Virus record (IMG/VR): IMGVR_UViG_3300045243_000070
Coordinates: 8,982-72,981 of that record
DNA from: a virus
Length of the DNA: 64,000 nt
Strand: one strand, 5' to 3'
Made by a program: the position numbers and the translations under genes. The notes beneath the pieces are model-generated. The model was not told the origin of the DNA, ran no database searches, and was given only the letters and a program-made list of their open reading frames with translations. Shown piece by piece: positions 35,711 through 43,960 of this stretch (position 1 is its first letter; every line of letters begins with the position of its first letter).

Positions 35711-36346
35711 CTATATTTCAAAGGTAACTGCCGGATTAACTGGTTTGTAGCGAACATCACAACTTGAGGCATTTAAAAACGTAGTGGTTTTTGAGTCATT
35801 AAACCATCCAAACTCCATCCGTCCATAACCTTCGTGTATGTGACCAAATACATTAAACCTTGGTTTAGCCTTAAGGCAACGGTTGAATAGTGACTCACTA
35901 CCAACATACCCGTCTCTTTCTACTTTGTCAAGCACTTTTTTTGGCGGACCGTGGGTAATCAGCATATCCAAGTCTTCTGGTATCTTAGAAAATACCTCTA
36001 CAAGGTCGTGGTCTGGCTTCATAAAGGCCCAACGTCCATATTCGGGAACCCAAGGGGAGCCATAAAATCTCTTTCCATCTATTTCAATAAACTCGTCTAT
36101 AAGCAGAGTTGCATGGGTAAGTTCTTGTTTGCACATCTGGGGAAGTTCTTCACAAATGAAGTCATGGTTGCCTGGGACAAGCAGGATTTTTTTTGCCGGG
36201 AGGGTTCCAAGCCATATGTTGAATTTCATTAGCTCAACTAATGAGCCACCCATAGAAAAATCTCCGCAATGCAAAAGTACGTCACATTCTGGTATATGCA
36301 AACTTTCATGTTTATTGTGCGTGTCACTAATTGCGACAATCCTCAA
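35711..36346 (-). CDS. calcineurin-like metallophosphoesterase
   Basis: ISDTH, HCGD, GNHD, THGPP, FGHIHE. Confidence 0.9.
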   Translation of the reverse strand: MRIVAISDTHNKHESLHIPECDVLLHCGDFSMGGSLVELMKFNIWLGTLPAKKILLVPGNHDFICEELPQMCKQELTHATLLIDEFIEIDGKRFYGSPWVPEYGRWAFMKPDHDLVEVFSKIPEDLDMLITHGPPKKVLDKVERDGYVGSESLFNRCLKAKPRFNVFGHIHEGYGRMEFGWFNDSKTTTFLNASSCDVRYKPVNPAVTFEI

Positions 36347-36885
36347 AGTCCGCTCCTATGCCTTACCAGCCTGTCTAGGTAGGCCATAAATTCTTGATAT
36401 GTTTTATCCAACTTTGCAGAATTACAGAATCTACAGCAACTAACACAATTTCCTCTTACATATCCCTTAGAACTATCAACCCTATCAATACCATTATATT
36501 TAATCTCAACTCTTCTTTTTTCTGGTCCATAAGTATTGTCTGGCTCACACCCACAATAGTGACAGTTACCTTTTATTAGAGCCACAGTCTCATCTATTGC
36601 TAACGAGAAACTCTTTCCCCTAAGTTTGGCTTGGGCCTTTATGTTACCTGCCTTGGCTCTAAATGAAGCCAATTCTGGGGGATATTTTTTGTTTCCATGA
36701 CCCCACGTAAAATTTAAACACCCGCAAGACTTTACAAGACCTCTAAGCAGATGAGAAGTCGTAACGTCTCTATTCATTCCGCAAACACACAGACACTTCC
36801 AAACAACACCTATTTTATCTCTTTTCTTTTTCATTACCAATAAACTACCAAATTTTAAACCTTCAAGTTTTGGGGAAACGCTCAT
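36343..36885 (-). CDS. HNH-type homing endonuclease
   Basis: WKCLCVCG..SCGC N-domain; CHYCG...NGIDRVDSSKGYVRGNCVSCC..CN. Confidence 0.85.
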   Translation of the reverse strand: MSVSPKLEGLKFGSLLVMKKKRDKIGVVWKCLCVCGMNRDVTTSHLLRGLVKSCGCLNFTWGHGNKKYPPELASFRAKAGNIKAQAKLRGKSFSLAIDETVALIKGNCHYCGCEPDNTYGPEKRRVEIKYNGIDRVDSSKGYVRGNCVSCCRFCNSAKLDKTYQEFMAYLDRLVRHRSGL

Positions 36886-37079
36886 TTTTGTTTCTTTTTG
36901 GTATCAATCTTTTGGTTAAGCTTTGCGCCCTCTTTACGAGCCAATAAAGTTGCTTGTTCTTCCGTTATCAGCCCCTGATTAATTGCTTCAACCAGTAGGT
37001 CAACGGTTACGTTTATCTTTCTAATTTTTTTATTTAATATTTCTTTTTTCATTTTAAATTTCTTTCTATAATGTTTTAC

Positions 37080-37236
37080 GTCTAAACACCAAGTAAGAGT
37101 CCATCGGTTTGCACACCTAGACCAGGAGGTCCGACCCTCTTAAGTTCCCATAAACTGGACTTAGGCCCAGTCAGCGTCAGGTCTTGCAAGTTTCCCTCCG
37201 CTTTATGAGTCACCTACTTACATACAGTGCTTAGAC
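37080..37236 (-). ncRNA. putative structured ncRNA 3
   Basis: 11-bp closing stem GTCTAAGCACT/GGTGTTTAGAC; internal GTAAG/CTTAC, CATAAA/TTTATG and ACTGGGC-CTAA-GTCCAGT; no ORF. Confidence 0.55.
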
Positions 37237-37247
37237 ATCAAACATCT

Positions 37248-37421
37248 TAAGTCACCCAAAACTGGGGTGGGGCTACTGTAGTGCGTTGCCGGGTCTCATG
37301 AAAACCCAACCGTGGGACTCGAACCCACATCTCCAGCCTTTGTGCTGGTGTCCTACCATTAGACGAGAAATGCACTATGAGGCTGCTCCCGCTTTGACCA
37401 ACCCCATTTTCCGGTGACTTA
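37248..37421 (-). ncRNA. putative rod-like ncRNA 2 with an embedded tRNA-like D/anticodon/T module
   Basis: closing stems TAAGTCACC/GGTGACTTA and TGGGGT/ACCCCA; core GTCTAATGGTAGGAC, CCAGC-ACAAAG-GCTGG, GTGGG-TTCGAGT-CCCAC; promoter at 37433-37461. Confidence 0.7.
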
Positions 37422-37432
37422 CTTATGGACAC

Positions 37433-37461
37433 AGTGTACTACAAAACAAACAACTTGTCAA
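37433..37461 (-). promoter_or_regulatory. sigma70-type promoter for ncRNAs 2 and 3
   Basis: TTGACA-17-TACACT. Confidence 0.75.
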
Positions 37462-37470
37462 GTAAAAAAA

Positions 37471-37570
37471 GAAACCTGGGGTGGGGATTGCAACCCACTA
37501 GTGGAGGGCTATCCCCCACACCTAACAACTGAACGCCCATGTGTGTCTTACCACACCGCCCAGGCTTTCC
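37471..37570 (-). ncRNA. putative degenerate long-variable-arm tRNA-like RNA 1
   Basis: CCTGGG/CCCAGG acceptor-like stem, GTGTG/CACAC D-like stem, 7-bp variable arm, GTGGG-TTGCAATC-CCCAC T-like arm, 3' U-tract. Confidence 0.6.
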
Positions 37571-37586
37571 CTACTAAGGAAATACA

Positions 37587-37615
37587 ACTATACTCCAAAA
37601 CATTCTTTTTGTCAA
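37587..37615 (-). promoter_or_regulatory. sigma70-type promoter for ncRNA 1
   Basis: TTGACA-17-TATAGT. Confidence 0.75.
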
Positions 37616-37637
37616 TACAAAAAACAGACAAAATCCC

Positions 37638-37648
37638 TAAATTTTAGC
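37638..37648 (+). promoter_or_regulatory. putative late promoter motif
   Basis: TAAATTTTAGC, recurring at 38516, 45302, 50185 and 60497 before structural genes. Confidence 0.7.
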
Positions 37649-37680
37649 CTTTAAGAGGCTCAATTATCAAGGAGACCGTC

Positions 37681-38499
37681 TTGCCCAACCCAGAAACAAA
37701 AGAAGAATTTGAAAAGTTCGTAGATAGCAATCCCAATAAGGCCTGGAAATTTTACCTACCTTTTGGTGATGAGTATATTGAAAAATCTCTTACGTCAGAA
37801 AAACAAGACACTGACGAAAAGAGTTGGAAGATCGGTGGGATTGCTTCAAGCAACGAAGAAGATTTGGAAGCTGAAATTGTTGTTCCAGAAGGAATTGATG
37901 TCAGCTATTTTTTGAAGTGGGGTTGGTTCAACTCCGAACACAAAAAAGGCGCTGCATATAAAGTTGGGATTCCAACCAAAGCGATGTGTACGAGAAAAGG
38001 TCTTGAAGTTGAAGGATATCTTTTAAAAGATATGCCCGAAGCGCAGGGCATTTATACCTTAATGAAGACGTTGAGAAAGGGAGATCACAGACGCTCAGTT
38101 GGTTTTTCCATCGAAGGAAAAACTGTCCTTCAACAAGGAAAAAGAATTCTTAAAAGCTTCCTCATCGACATTGCCATTACAGCCAACCCAGTCAACCCTA
38201 CAACCTATGCCGACCTTGTGAAATCACTTAAAACATGCTCTACAGATAACTCACTGGAATCCATGTCTTACCTCTCTACCGATAAGGCTTTAGAGGCTGG
38301 ATATGCTGTAGATGGTCAAACCGGAGGGGACGCTTTGAGGACTCAAGACCTCGAAAGAAAGCTTAAAATCCTCACAAATAAGAGCTTTTCACCGGAAGAT
38401 GCCTTGGAATACGTGAAGCTTAAGGCCGGGGTTACTGACGATGTAGCCAAGAAGATTCTAAAATATTCAGACCTTCTTAAGAAGCTGAAGGGTCAATAA
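37681..38499 (+). CDS. prohead protease (Herelleviridae type)
   Basis: IGGIAS..EEDLEAE, GWFNSEH, GFSIEG, IAITANPVN. Confidence 0.88.
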   Translation: MPNPETKEEFEKFVDSNPNKAWKFYLPFGDEYIEKSLTSEKQDTDEKSWKIGGIASSNEEDLEAEIVVPEGIDVSYFLKWGWFNSEHKKGAAYKVGIPTKAMCTRKGLEVEGYLLKDMPEAQGIYTLMKTLRKGDHRRSVGFSIEGKTVLQQGKRILKSFLIDIAITANPVNPTTYADLVKSLKTCSTDNSLESMSYLSTDKALEAGYAVDGQTGGDALRTQDLERKLKILTNKSFSPEDALEYVKLKAGVTDDVAKKILKYSDLLKKLKGQ

Positions 38500-38504
38500 C
38501 TTTT

Positions 38505-38529
38505 GCAAAGATTGTTAAATTTTAGCTAT
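38505..38529 (+). promoter_or_regulatory. putative late promoter
   Basis: GCAAAGATTGTTAAATTTTAGCTAT, identical to 50174-50198. Confidence 0.75.
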
Positions 38530-38612
38530 TAGTGTTGAATAAATAAGTTTTGAAGAGCAATAAAGATTTACCGAAATTTAATTTTCGGAAAACCCGCAAG
38601 GAGCCGCAAAAA

Positions 38613-40121
38613 ATGTCAGACCTCAAGAAAGTAATCAACGCTGCAGATTTGGACGCAGCTTTGCAGAACATCGAGAAATCTTTCTCGGAAACAAAAGTCA
38701 CTCTTGAAAAGAGTGTCGACAAACGTGCGATGGGCGGGGACCAAAAGGTCGAAACTGGAAACGAAGTTATTTCCGCTCCAGGCGATGACCGTACTGGACT
38801 TCCTAAGGTCGGAGCTGGAACTCGTGAAGTTAGCAAACTCCAAGGTAACTGGGCAGAACGCTATCCGATGGATGCAGCTGCTCCCGGCGCTCTCGAAGCA
38901 GCCGTTGCCGATTCAGCAAAAGCACCTACTCGTGACAAAGAGCCTGTGAACAAGTCAGTTGAGCAATCAGCTGAACCAGGAAGCATGTCAAAGGCAGCTG
39001 ATGCCGATCAATCTTCTGAATCTTCAAAAATCGTGAAGGCTGCTGATGCTTCTTCATCTTACTCTTCAATGAGCAAAGCTGCTGATGCTTCAGACTCTTC
39101 ATCTTCAAAATCTTCAAAGAAAAATCCTTTCGCCAAAGCAGTGGTTCCTGCAGAGAAGCCAGCTTCTGAAACAGCAGCCTCTGGAGCCCCACAGCTTAAG
39201 AAATCAATGAAGCTTATCGCCAGCGCCAAAAAGCACTTGGCAAAAGCCTACGAAGGTGGGTCTGACTCAGAGTTGGATATCGCTGGTGACCGTTTGGTCG
39301 AAGCGAAGACAACTATCAACAAAGCCATCACAAGCGGTGAAGCTGTTCCTGCCGAGTTGGTCAAGAGCTTGAACAAAGCCTCCAAGTATTTTGGAAAAGC
39401 TTTGGCCTCCTTCGAGAACGACAAAATCGAAGAGCATGTCAAGTCAGTTGAAAAAGCTGACAAGCACATGGCAAAAGCTTTGAACGCTTTCGACTTCAAA
39501 TCAACTTCAGCTGCTCCGATTGAGAAATCAGTCGCTGCTCCCGAAAAGAACGAAATCAAATTCAACCACAAAGACGGAAAAGTGGTTGCGGAAATGACAG
39601 AAGAACAGTACAAACAAGTTCAAAAAGCTTTGAACGAGAAAGGTATCTACAAATCATTCTTGGACACTCTTCCAAAAGAAGACAAAGCCACGATTGATGC
39701 GATGCCAGTCTTGAAGAGCTTGGTCGATGGGTTGAAAGATTCTCAGAACGCCCTTCGTGACAACTTGGTTGCCACTGCCCAAAAAGACAACGACTTCAAA
39801 AAAAGCGTAACTGAGGCTTTGAATCTCTTGGCGAAAGCCAGCAAGCAAAACACTGCGGAAGTGGAAAAGCTGAAAAGCGAACCCCAAGTCCGTAAGTCAA
39901 TCTTGACAGAGGTTAAGTCACCTCTCGAAGAGGTCAAAAAGCCCTCAATCGATGTCGCTCAGATGACAGAGATTCTCGAAAAGGGAATCCGAAAAGGAAT
40001 CTGCAGCAACATGACACTCTTGGCCTGGGACGTTGACAAGGACATGATTGGCAAGGGACTTTTGGATGCCAAAGACGAGCTGAAGTATGTGAACCTATGT
40101 GAAAAGATTCAAAGAAGTTAA
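38613..40121 (+). CDS. putative scaffold/inner head protein
   Basis: lies between protease and capsid; helical, with many KS/KA sites and Ser-rich KAAD repeats; AAGGAG RBS before the ATG at 38613. Confidence 0.7.
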   Translation: MSDLKKVINAADLDAALQNIEKSFSETKVTLEKSVDKRAMGGDQKVETGNEVISAPGDDRTGLPKVGAGTREVSKLQGNWAERYPMDAAAPGALEAAVADSAKAPTRDKEPVNKSVEQSAEPGSMSKAADADQSSESSKIVKAADASSSYSSMSKAADASDSSSSKSSKKNPFAKAVVPAEKPASETAASGAPQLKKSMKLIASAKKHLAKAYEGGSDSELDIAGDRLVEAKTTINKAITSGEAVPAELVKSLNKASKYFGKALASFENDKIEEHVKSVEKADKHMAKALNAFDFKSTSAAPIEKSVAAPEKNEIKFNHKDGKVVAEMTEEQYKQVQKALNEKGIYKSFLDTLPKEDKATIDAMPVLKSLVDGLKDSQNALRDNLVATAQKDNDFKKSVTEALNLLAKASKQNTAEVEKLKSEPQVRKSILTEVKSPLEEVKKPSIDVAQMTEILEKGIRKGICSNMTLLAWDVDKDMIGKGLLDAKDELKYVNLCEKIQRS

Positions 40122-40193
40122 GCCGTAATAAGAAAGCAGAAACAAGCAGCAAAGGCTTCGATAACCAAGCAGCCTAATTTAAGGAGGATGTAA

Positions 40194-41621
40194 ATGTCAG
40201 CAATCAATTCGATGTTCAAAGGGATGGAAGAGGGTTTCGGTAACTCCTCAGCTTCCCACCTGGACGACCTTCGCAAAGCTTTGTCAGCTGGTTATCAAGT
40301 CAGCTCACAAACTGGCGGTGGCGCTCTCAGGGTTCAGAGCTTGGAATCAAGCCTGAAAGTTTTGACCAACACGGAGAAAAACTACGTGTTTTGGCAAGAT
40401 GTTGAGAAGAAAGCTGCGTACTCAACAGTTGAAGAGTACAACACTTTGACTCAATATGGTCCTGACACCGGAGGATTTAACTTTGAAGGTGTGTTGCCAG
40501 AACAAGACGACACTTCCTACACACGTAACGTTGCTTTGACCAAGTTCCTTGGTACGACACGTAGCGTGTCTCACCCATTGACGCTGGTTCGTCCAGCTCA
40601 CGGTGAAGTTATCGCTCTTGAAAACAAGAACGGTATCCTCTGGATTCTCCGCAGATTAGAATCAGCCTTCTTCTACGGCAATTCCACCTTGATGTTCGGT
40701 GGCGCAGAAGGTGCGGAATTCAACGGTATGTCACAGCAAATCGCTTCAACCAACGTCATCGACTGCTTGGGTAACCCCTTGTCAGAAGAGTTGATTGAAG
40801 AAGGTGCAAACCTTGTTTCCGTCAACTTCGGAACTCCTACTCACCTGTTCTTGGCTAAACGTGCGATGGCTGACTTCGGTAAAACCGTGTTCAGCAAAGA
40901 GCGCTTCATGCCACAGCAAACAACTGTCAATGCTAATGGGGAAGTTGGGTATTTCATCCAATCCATTAACACTCAGTCAGGTATCATCGGTCTCCGTCCA
41001 GACGTGTTCATCACGAACACTCCTGTTGCGAACTTGTCAGCTGCGTTGTCACCCAACGCTCCTGCAGCTCCTTCAGCAGTCACCTCCGTGAAGGCTGCAA
41101 CTGGTCTCGGAAACTTCTTCAAAGACGGCGCAGGGGTTTACTCCTACGGCGCTGCTCTTGGCAACAACTACGGGGAATCCACTGTGGTCGCTGCTTCCGC
41201 AACCGTCACCCTCTCAGCTGCTGAATTGACAGACTCTGTCAACGTCACTGTGACCAACGCTGCCTCAATCGGCGCTGTTCTTCCTCAGTACATCAGCATC
41301 TATCGTTCACAGCCAAACGGTTCAGTTCTTTACCGTATCGCCAGAACGCCTGTCACAACCCAAACCGCTTCAGTCGCTAACACCGCCTGGGTCGATGTGG
41401 ACACTGTGATGGCTAACACTTCGGAAGCTTATCTTGGTGAGATGTCAGACCAAGTCATCGCTTTCAAGCAACTGGCCCCGCTGTTGAAAATGGACTTGGC
41501 TGTGGTCGGTCCTGCCTTCCGCTGGATGATCTTGTTGTACGGTGTCTTGGTGCTTTATGCTCCTGCCAAGTGGTGCAAATATATTAATGTTGGCTCCAGC
41601 TCAGCAATCGCTCAAATCTAA
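40194..41621 (+). CDS. major capsid protein
   Basis: KALSAGY..QTGGGALRVQSLE, STVEEY, E.AFFYG, EFNG, PLLKMDLA, LYGVLVLYAP.KW, typical of SPO1/Twort-like MCPs; AGGAGG RBS; terminator follows. Confidence 0.92.
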   Translation: MSAINSMFKGMEEGFGNSSASHLDDLRKALSAGYQVSSQTGGGALRVQSLESSLKVLTNTEKNYVFWQDVEKKAAYSTVEEYNTLTQYGPDTGGFNFEGVLPEQDDTSYTRNVALTKFLGTTRSVSHPLTLVRPAHGEVIALENKNGILWILRRLESAFFYGNSTLMFGGAEGAEFNGMSQQIASTNVIDCLGNPLSEELIEEGANLVSVNFGTPTHLFLAKRAMADFGKTVFSKERFMPQQTTVNANGEVGYFIQSINTQSGIIGLRPDVFITNTPVANLSAALSPNAPAAPSAVTSVKAATGLGNFFKDGAGVYSYGAALGNNYGESTVVAASATVTLSAAELTDSVNVTVTNAASIGAVLPQYISIYRSQPNGSVLYRIARTPVTTQTASVANTAWVDVDTVMANTSEAYLGEMSDQVIAFKQLAPLLKMDLAVVGPAFRWMILLYGVLVLYAPAKWCKYINVGSSSAIAQI

Positions 41622-41642
41622 CCGATAAGAGCTTATTAACCC

Positions 41643-41694
41643 TAAGCCGTCTTGAGAGAAATCTCTTGACGGCTTTTTTATTTTAAGGTATAAT
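41643..41694 (+). terminator. capsid terminator overlapping a sigma70 promoter for the HNH gene
   Basis: AAGCCGTC-TTGAGAGAAATCTCTT-GACGGCTTTTTT; TTGACG-17-TATAAT (41666-41694). Confidence 0.8.
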
Positions 41695-41700
41695 TTAAGC

Positions 41701-42198
41701 ATGACCAAAGTTTGCCATCGGTGTAAAATTGAAAAAGACGAGACAGAATTCCATATCCGAAAGGAAAGGAAGTCTGGTAGATTTGGAACCTGCAAGAAAT
41801 GTAGAAATAGAGCCTATTGGTTGGCGGTAAAAAATAACCCGGAAAGAAAAAGAAAAGCTAATAAGTATTCAAACGATTGGGGTAGAAAAAATCCAAAGAG
41901 AGTTAATGAATGTTCTAAGCGATGGAATCATGCTAACCCAGACAAAGTGAATGCAGGATGTTCAAACTACAGAGCTAGAAAATTACAAGCAACCCCGCCC
42001 TGGTTAACTCAAGCTATGAAGACTGACATTCAATTCTTTTATACAATTAGAGAGCAGATGAAGAACCCATCCGCTTGGCACATAGACCATGTCGTGCCGT
42101 TAATGGGGGAAACAGCTCGTGGTTTGCACGTTCCCTGGAACCTTCAACTTCTTCCAGCCCCAGAGAACATGTCAAAACACAATAAACTTACTGCCTAG
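41701..42198 (+). CDS. HNH homing endonuclease
   Basis: N-terminal CxxC..CxxC; ATPPWL...HIDHVVPL.G..ARGLHVPWNLQ...N.SK.N. Confidence 0.88.
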   Translation: MTKVCHRCKIEKDETEFHIRKERKSGRFGTCKKCRNRAYWLAVKNNPERKRKANKYSNDWGRKNPKRVNECSKRWNHANPDKVNAGCSNYRARKLQATPPWLTQAMKTDIQFFYTIREQMKNPSAWHIDHVVPLMGETARGLHVPWNLQLLPAPENMSKHNKLTA

Positions 42199-42406
42199 TC
42201 TGCTTACCGTGGAAATAACCTTCCTTCTTATGCTCTAATTCCACTTTTAGAGTCTCAACTTGAACCTTTTTCATCTCAAGGTCCATCTTTAAGCACTCGA
42301 CACTAACCTTTTTAATCTCTGTTGAAGCATCAACTTCTCTGGTAAGGGCCTTAGTTCTTTCAATATCGGCCTTTGCCTGTTCATCTAACAGTTCATCTGA
42401 TACCAT
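42188..42406 (-). CDS. coiled-coil hypothetical protein
   Basis: AGGAGG RBS. Confidence 0.65.
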   Translation of the reverse strand: MVSDELLDEQAKADIERTKALTREVDASTEIKKVSVECLKMDLEMKKVQVETLKVELEHKKEGYFHGKQTRQ

Positions 42407-42700
42407 AACTACCTCCTAAATTTGTTTCCCGCTTTAAAGGCGGGTTCAACGTTTTCAGGTAGTCTATAACAGCTATTTTTTATCGTGGGTTATTGAGTAG
42501 TAAAACATATAAGACACAATTGACAAGAGAGCAAACGCCCATATACCATAGCTGATATCTTGATAAGTACTAATCCATCTAATGGCTCCGAAAACCCATC
42601 CAGTCAATCCAGCAAAAACAAACCAAATAAACACTTTGTTCATTAACTTCTCCTTTTACTTTAATGATATAATTACTTCAGCATACGCCCCAAGCCTCTG

Positions 42701-42943
42701 CTACAAAGCAAGCTCAAATCGGGGCGTTTTTATTTTACGCTTCTTGATAGCCTTTTCAGCCTTATCCGAAATCTTTGAGGCTCCGTTACACGAACCGCAA
42801 CCACACTCAGATATGAACCAACCACAATCCATACAATGCTTTTCATACCCAGTACAGTAGTCCGTACCGCAATAGAGAAAAGCAAGGTAATTTGGGTAGA
42901 AATCATGCACCCAGTTATGGCAAGGTGTTTCTTTTAAGGGCAC
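42701..42943 (-). CDS. Cys-rich hypothetical protein
   Basis: multiple Cys; start uncertain. Confidence 0.5.
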   Translation of the reverse strand: MPLKETPCHNWVHDFYPNYLAFLYCGTDYCTGYEKHCMDCGWFISECGCGSCNGASKISDKAEKAIKKRKIKTPRFELAL

Positions 42944-43065
42944 TCTTCATCCTCTGGTTCATAGATGTCGCACTTACATCCTTTGACCCTACAACCATTG
43001 GACCCAGGGTACTTCTTTGTAGGGCCGTGCTCCTCTTCTGTGTGAAGGCAAACAATGCGGGCCAT
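42934..43065 (-). CDS. 43-aa Cys/His Zn-binding protein
   Basis: CLHTEEEH...GC...CKCDIY; TAATG overlap with the upstream ORF. Confidence 0.5.
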   Translation of the reverse strand: MARIVCLHTEEEHGPTKKYPGSNGCRVKGCKCDIYEPEDEECP

Positions 43066-43265
43066 TAGTCGAACAAAGACCCAATTACAGCGCCTTCAAT
43101 GGCCCCTTCAATTCCACCTTCCAAACCCCCAATAACCCCACCAATAATGGCTCCGGTGTGGTCATCGTCTTCGTCATCATCGTCCCGGCGCTTTTTCTCT
43201 TCTGGCTCTTCGTAGTTGTTTATCGACATACTAATTCTCCTTTTTATTCTTTTCTTCATCGGCAA
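43065..43265 (-). CDS. acidic protein with a glycine zipper
   Basis: DDDDEDDD followed by GAIIGGVIGGLEGGIEGAIEGAVIG. Confidence 0.6.
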   Translation of the reverse strand: MPMKKRIKRRISMSINNYEEPEEKKRRDDDDEDDDHTGAIIGGVIGGLEGGIEGAIEGAVIGSLFD

Positions 43266-43435
43266 CCCGTGCTTCCCAAATCTTCTCTAAAAACTTTGCA
43301 ATTTTTAAAGTAGCTTCATCATCAGTGCCCATAAGAAACCCTTGAGGCAGGACTACAGGCATATAATCGTAGGGATTTAAACCACTACCTATATACTTAG
43401 CTTCTATCAATTTTAATCGTTCTTCAGCATTAAGC

Positions 43436-43960
43436 TCAGTCATATTTACCCTCGTAAGCTATAGGGCTCAACTGCTTTACTACGTCTTCTGCCGAAATAG
43501 GAGCGTATTTTGCCTTATACTGGGAGGCATCTACCCCTACATCCATAGACCTATCGTACCCCGGTAAGTTCCCGTGAGAGTGTCCATATAAGTGGTAAAC
43601 CCCATGAAATTTGGAAGGCCAAACCCTGTGGGCATAATGACTCAGGAAGAAATGATCTCCATTAAAGGAAAGCATATTCACATCCTGTATGGAAGCCCAT
43701 TTTAGCTTCTGAATCTTATTGTTTTGGTCGTGGTTTCCTTTGATAAGGTGTTTGTCTCCATTGAGTCTGTCAAACACTGCTTTAGCGTCTTCAAGAGATT
43801 TTGTGAACCCGAAGTCTCCCAAGTGCCATACGGAATCTTTCGGCGTAACCACTTTATTCCAATTCTCGATTAGAAGCTCATCCATTCCAGGCCCAAGTAT
43901 AGGTCTGTTCAGGAAGTCTTTGTAGTGGTAAAAATGGGTGTCTGAAATAAAGAAAATCAC
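43436..43960 (-). CDS. calcineurin-like metallophosphoesterase
   Basis: ISDTHF, NWNKVV, HLGDF, GNHD, SHY, GHSH, DVGVD. Confidence 0.9.
   Translation of the reverse strand: MIFFISDTHFYHYKDFLNRPILGPGMDELLIENWNKVVTPKDSVWHLGDFGFTKSLEDAKAVFDRLNGDKHLIKGNHDQNNKIQKLKWASIQDVNMLSFNGDHFFLSHYAHRVWPSKFHGVYHLYGHSHGNLPGYDRSMDVGVDASQYKAKYAPISAEDVVKQLSPIAYEGKYD

Noticed and set aside
496-36579. Plus-strand ORFs antisense to the minus-strand genes (e.g. 496..1041, 27032..27727, 31482..31991) and minus-strand 11556..11951
   Set aside because: Shadow frames of well-supported genes, with no RBS or recognisable motifs.
36343-37236. Group I intron containing the HNH gene
   Set aside because: No interrupted host gene flanks it and I could not identify P7 core sequences; an Infernal search would settle this.
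37289-37375. Canonical tRNA gene or tmRNA 3' end
   Set aside because: The acceptor stem does not pair, the anticodon loop has 6 nt, there is no CCA, and no tmRNA 5' GGGG..TCGA segment or tag ORF is evident.
37247-37647. ORFs 37247..37432 (-) and 37414..37647 (+)
   Set aside because: They overlie promoters and structured RNAs, lack an RBS and have no protein-like motifs.
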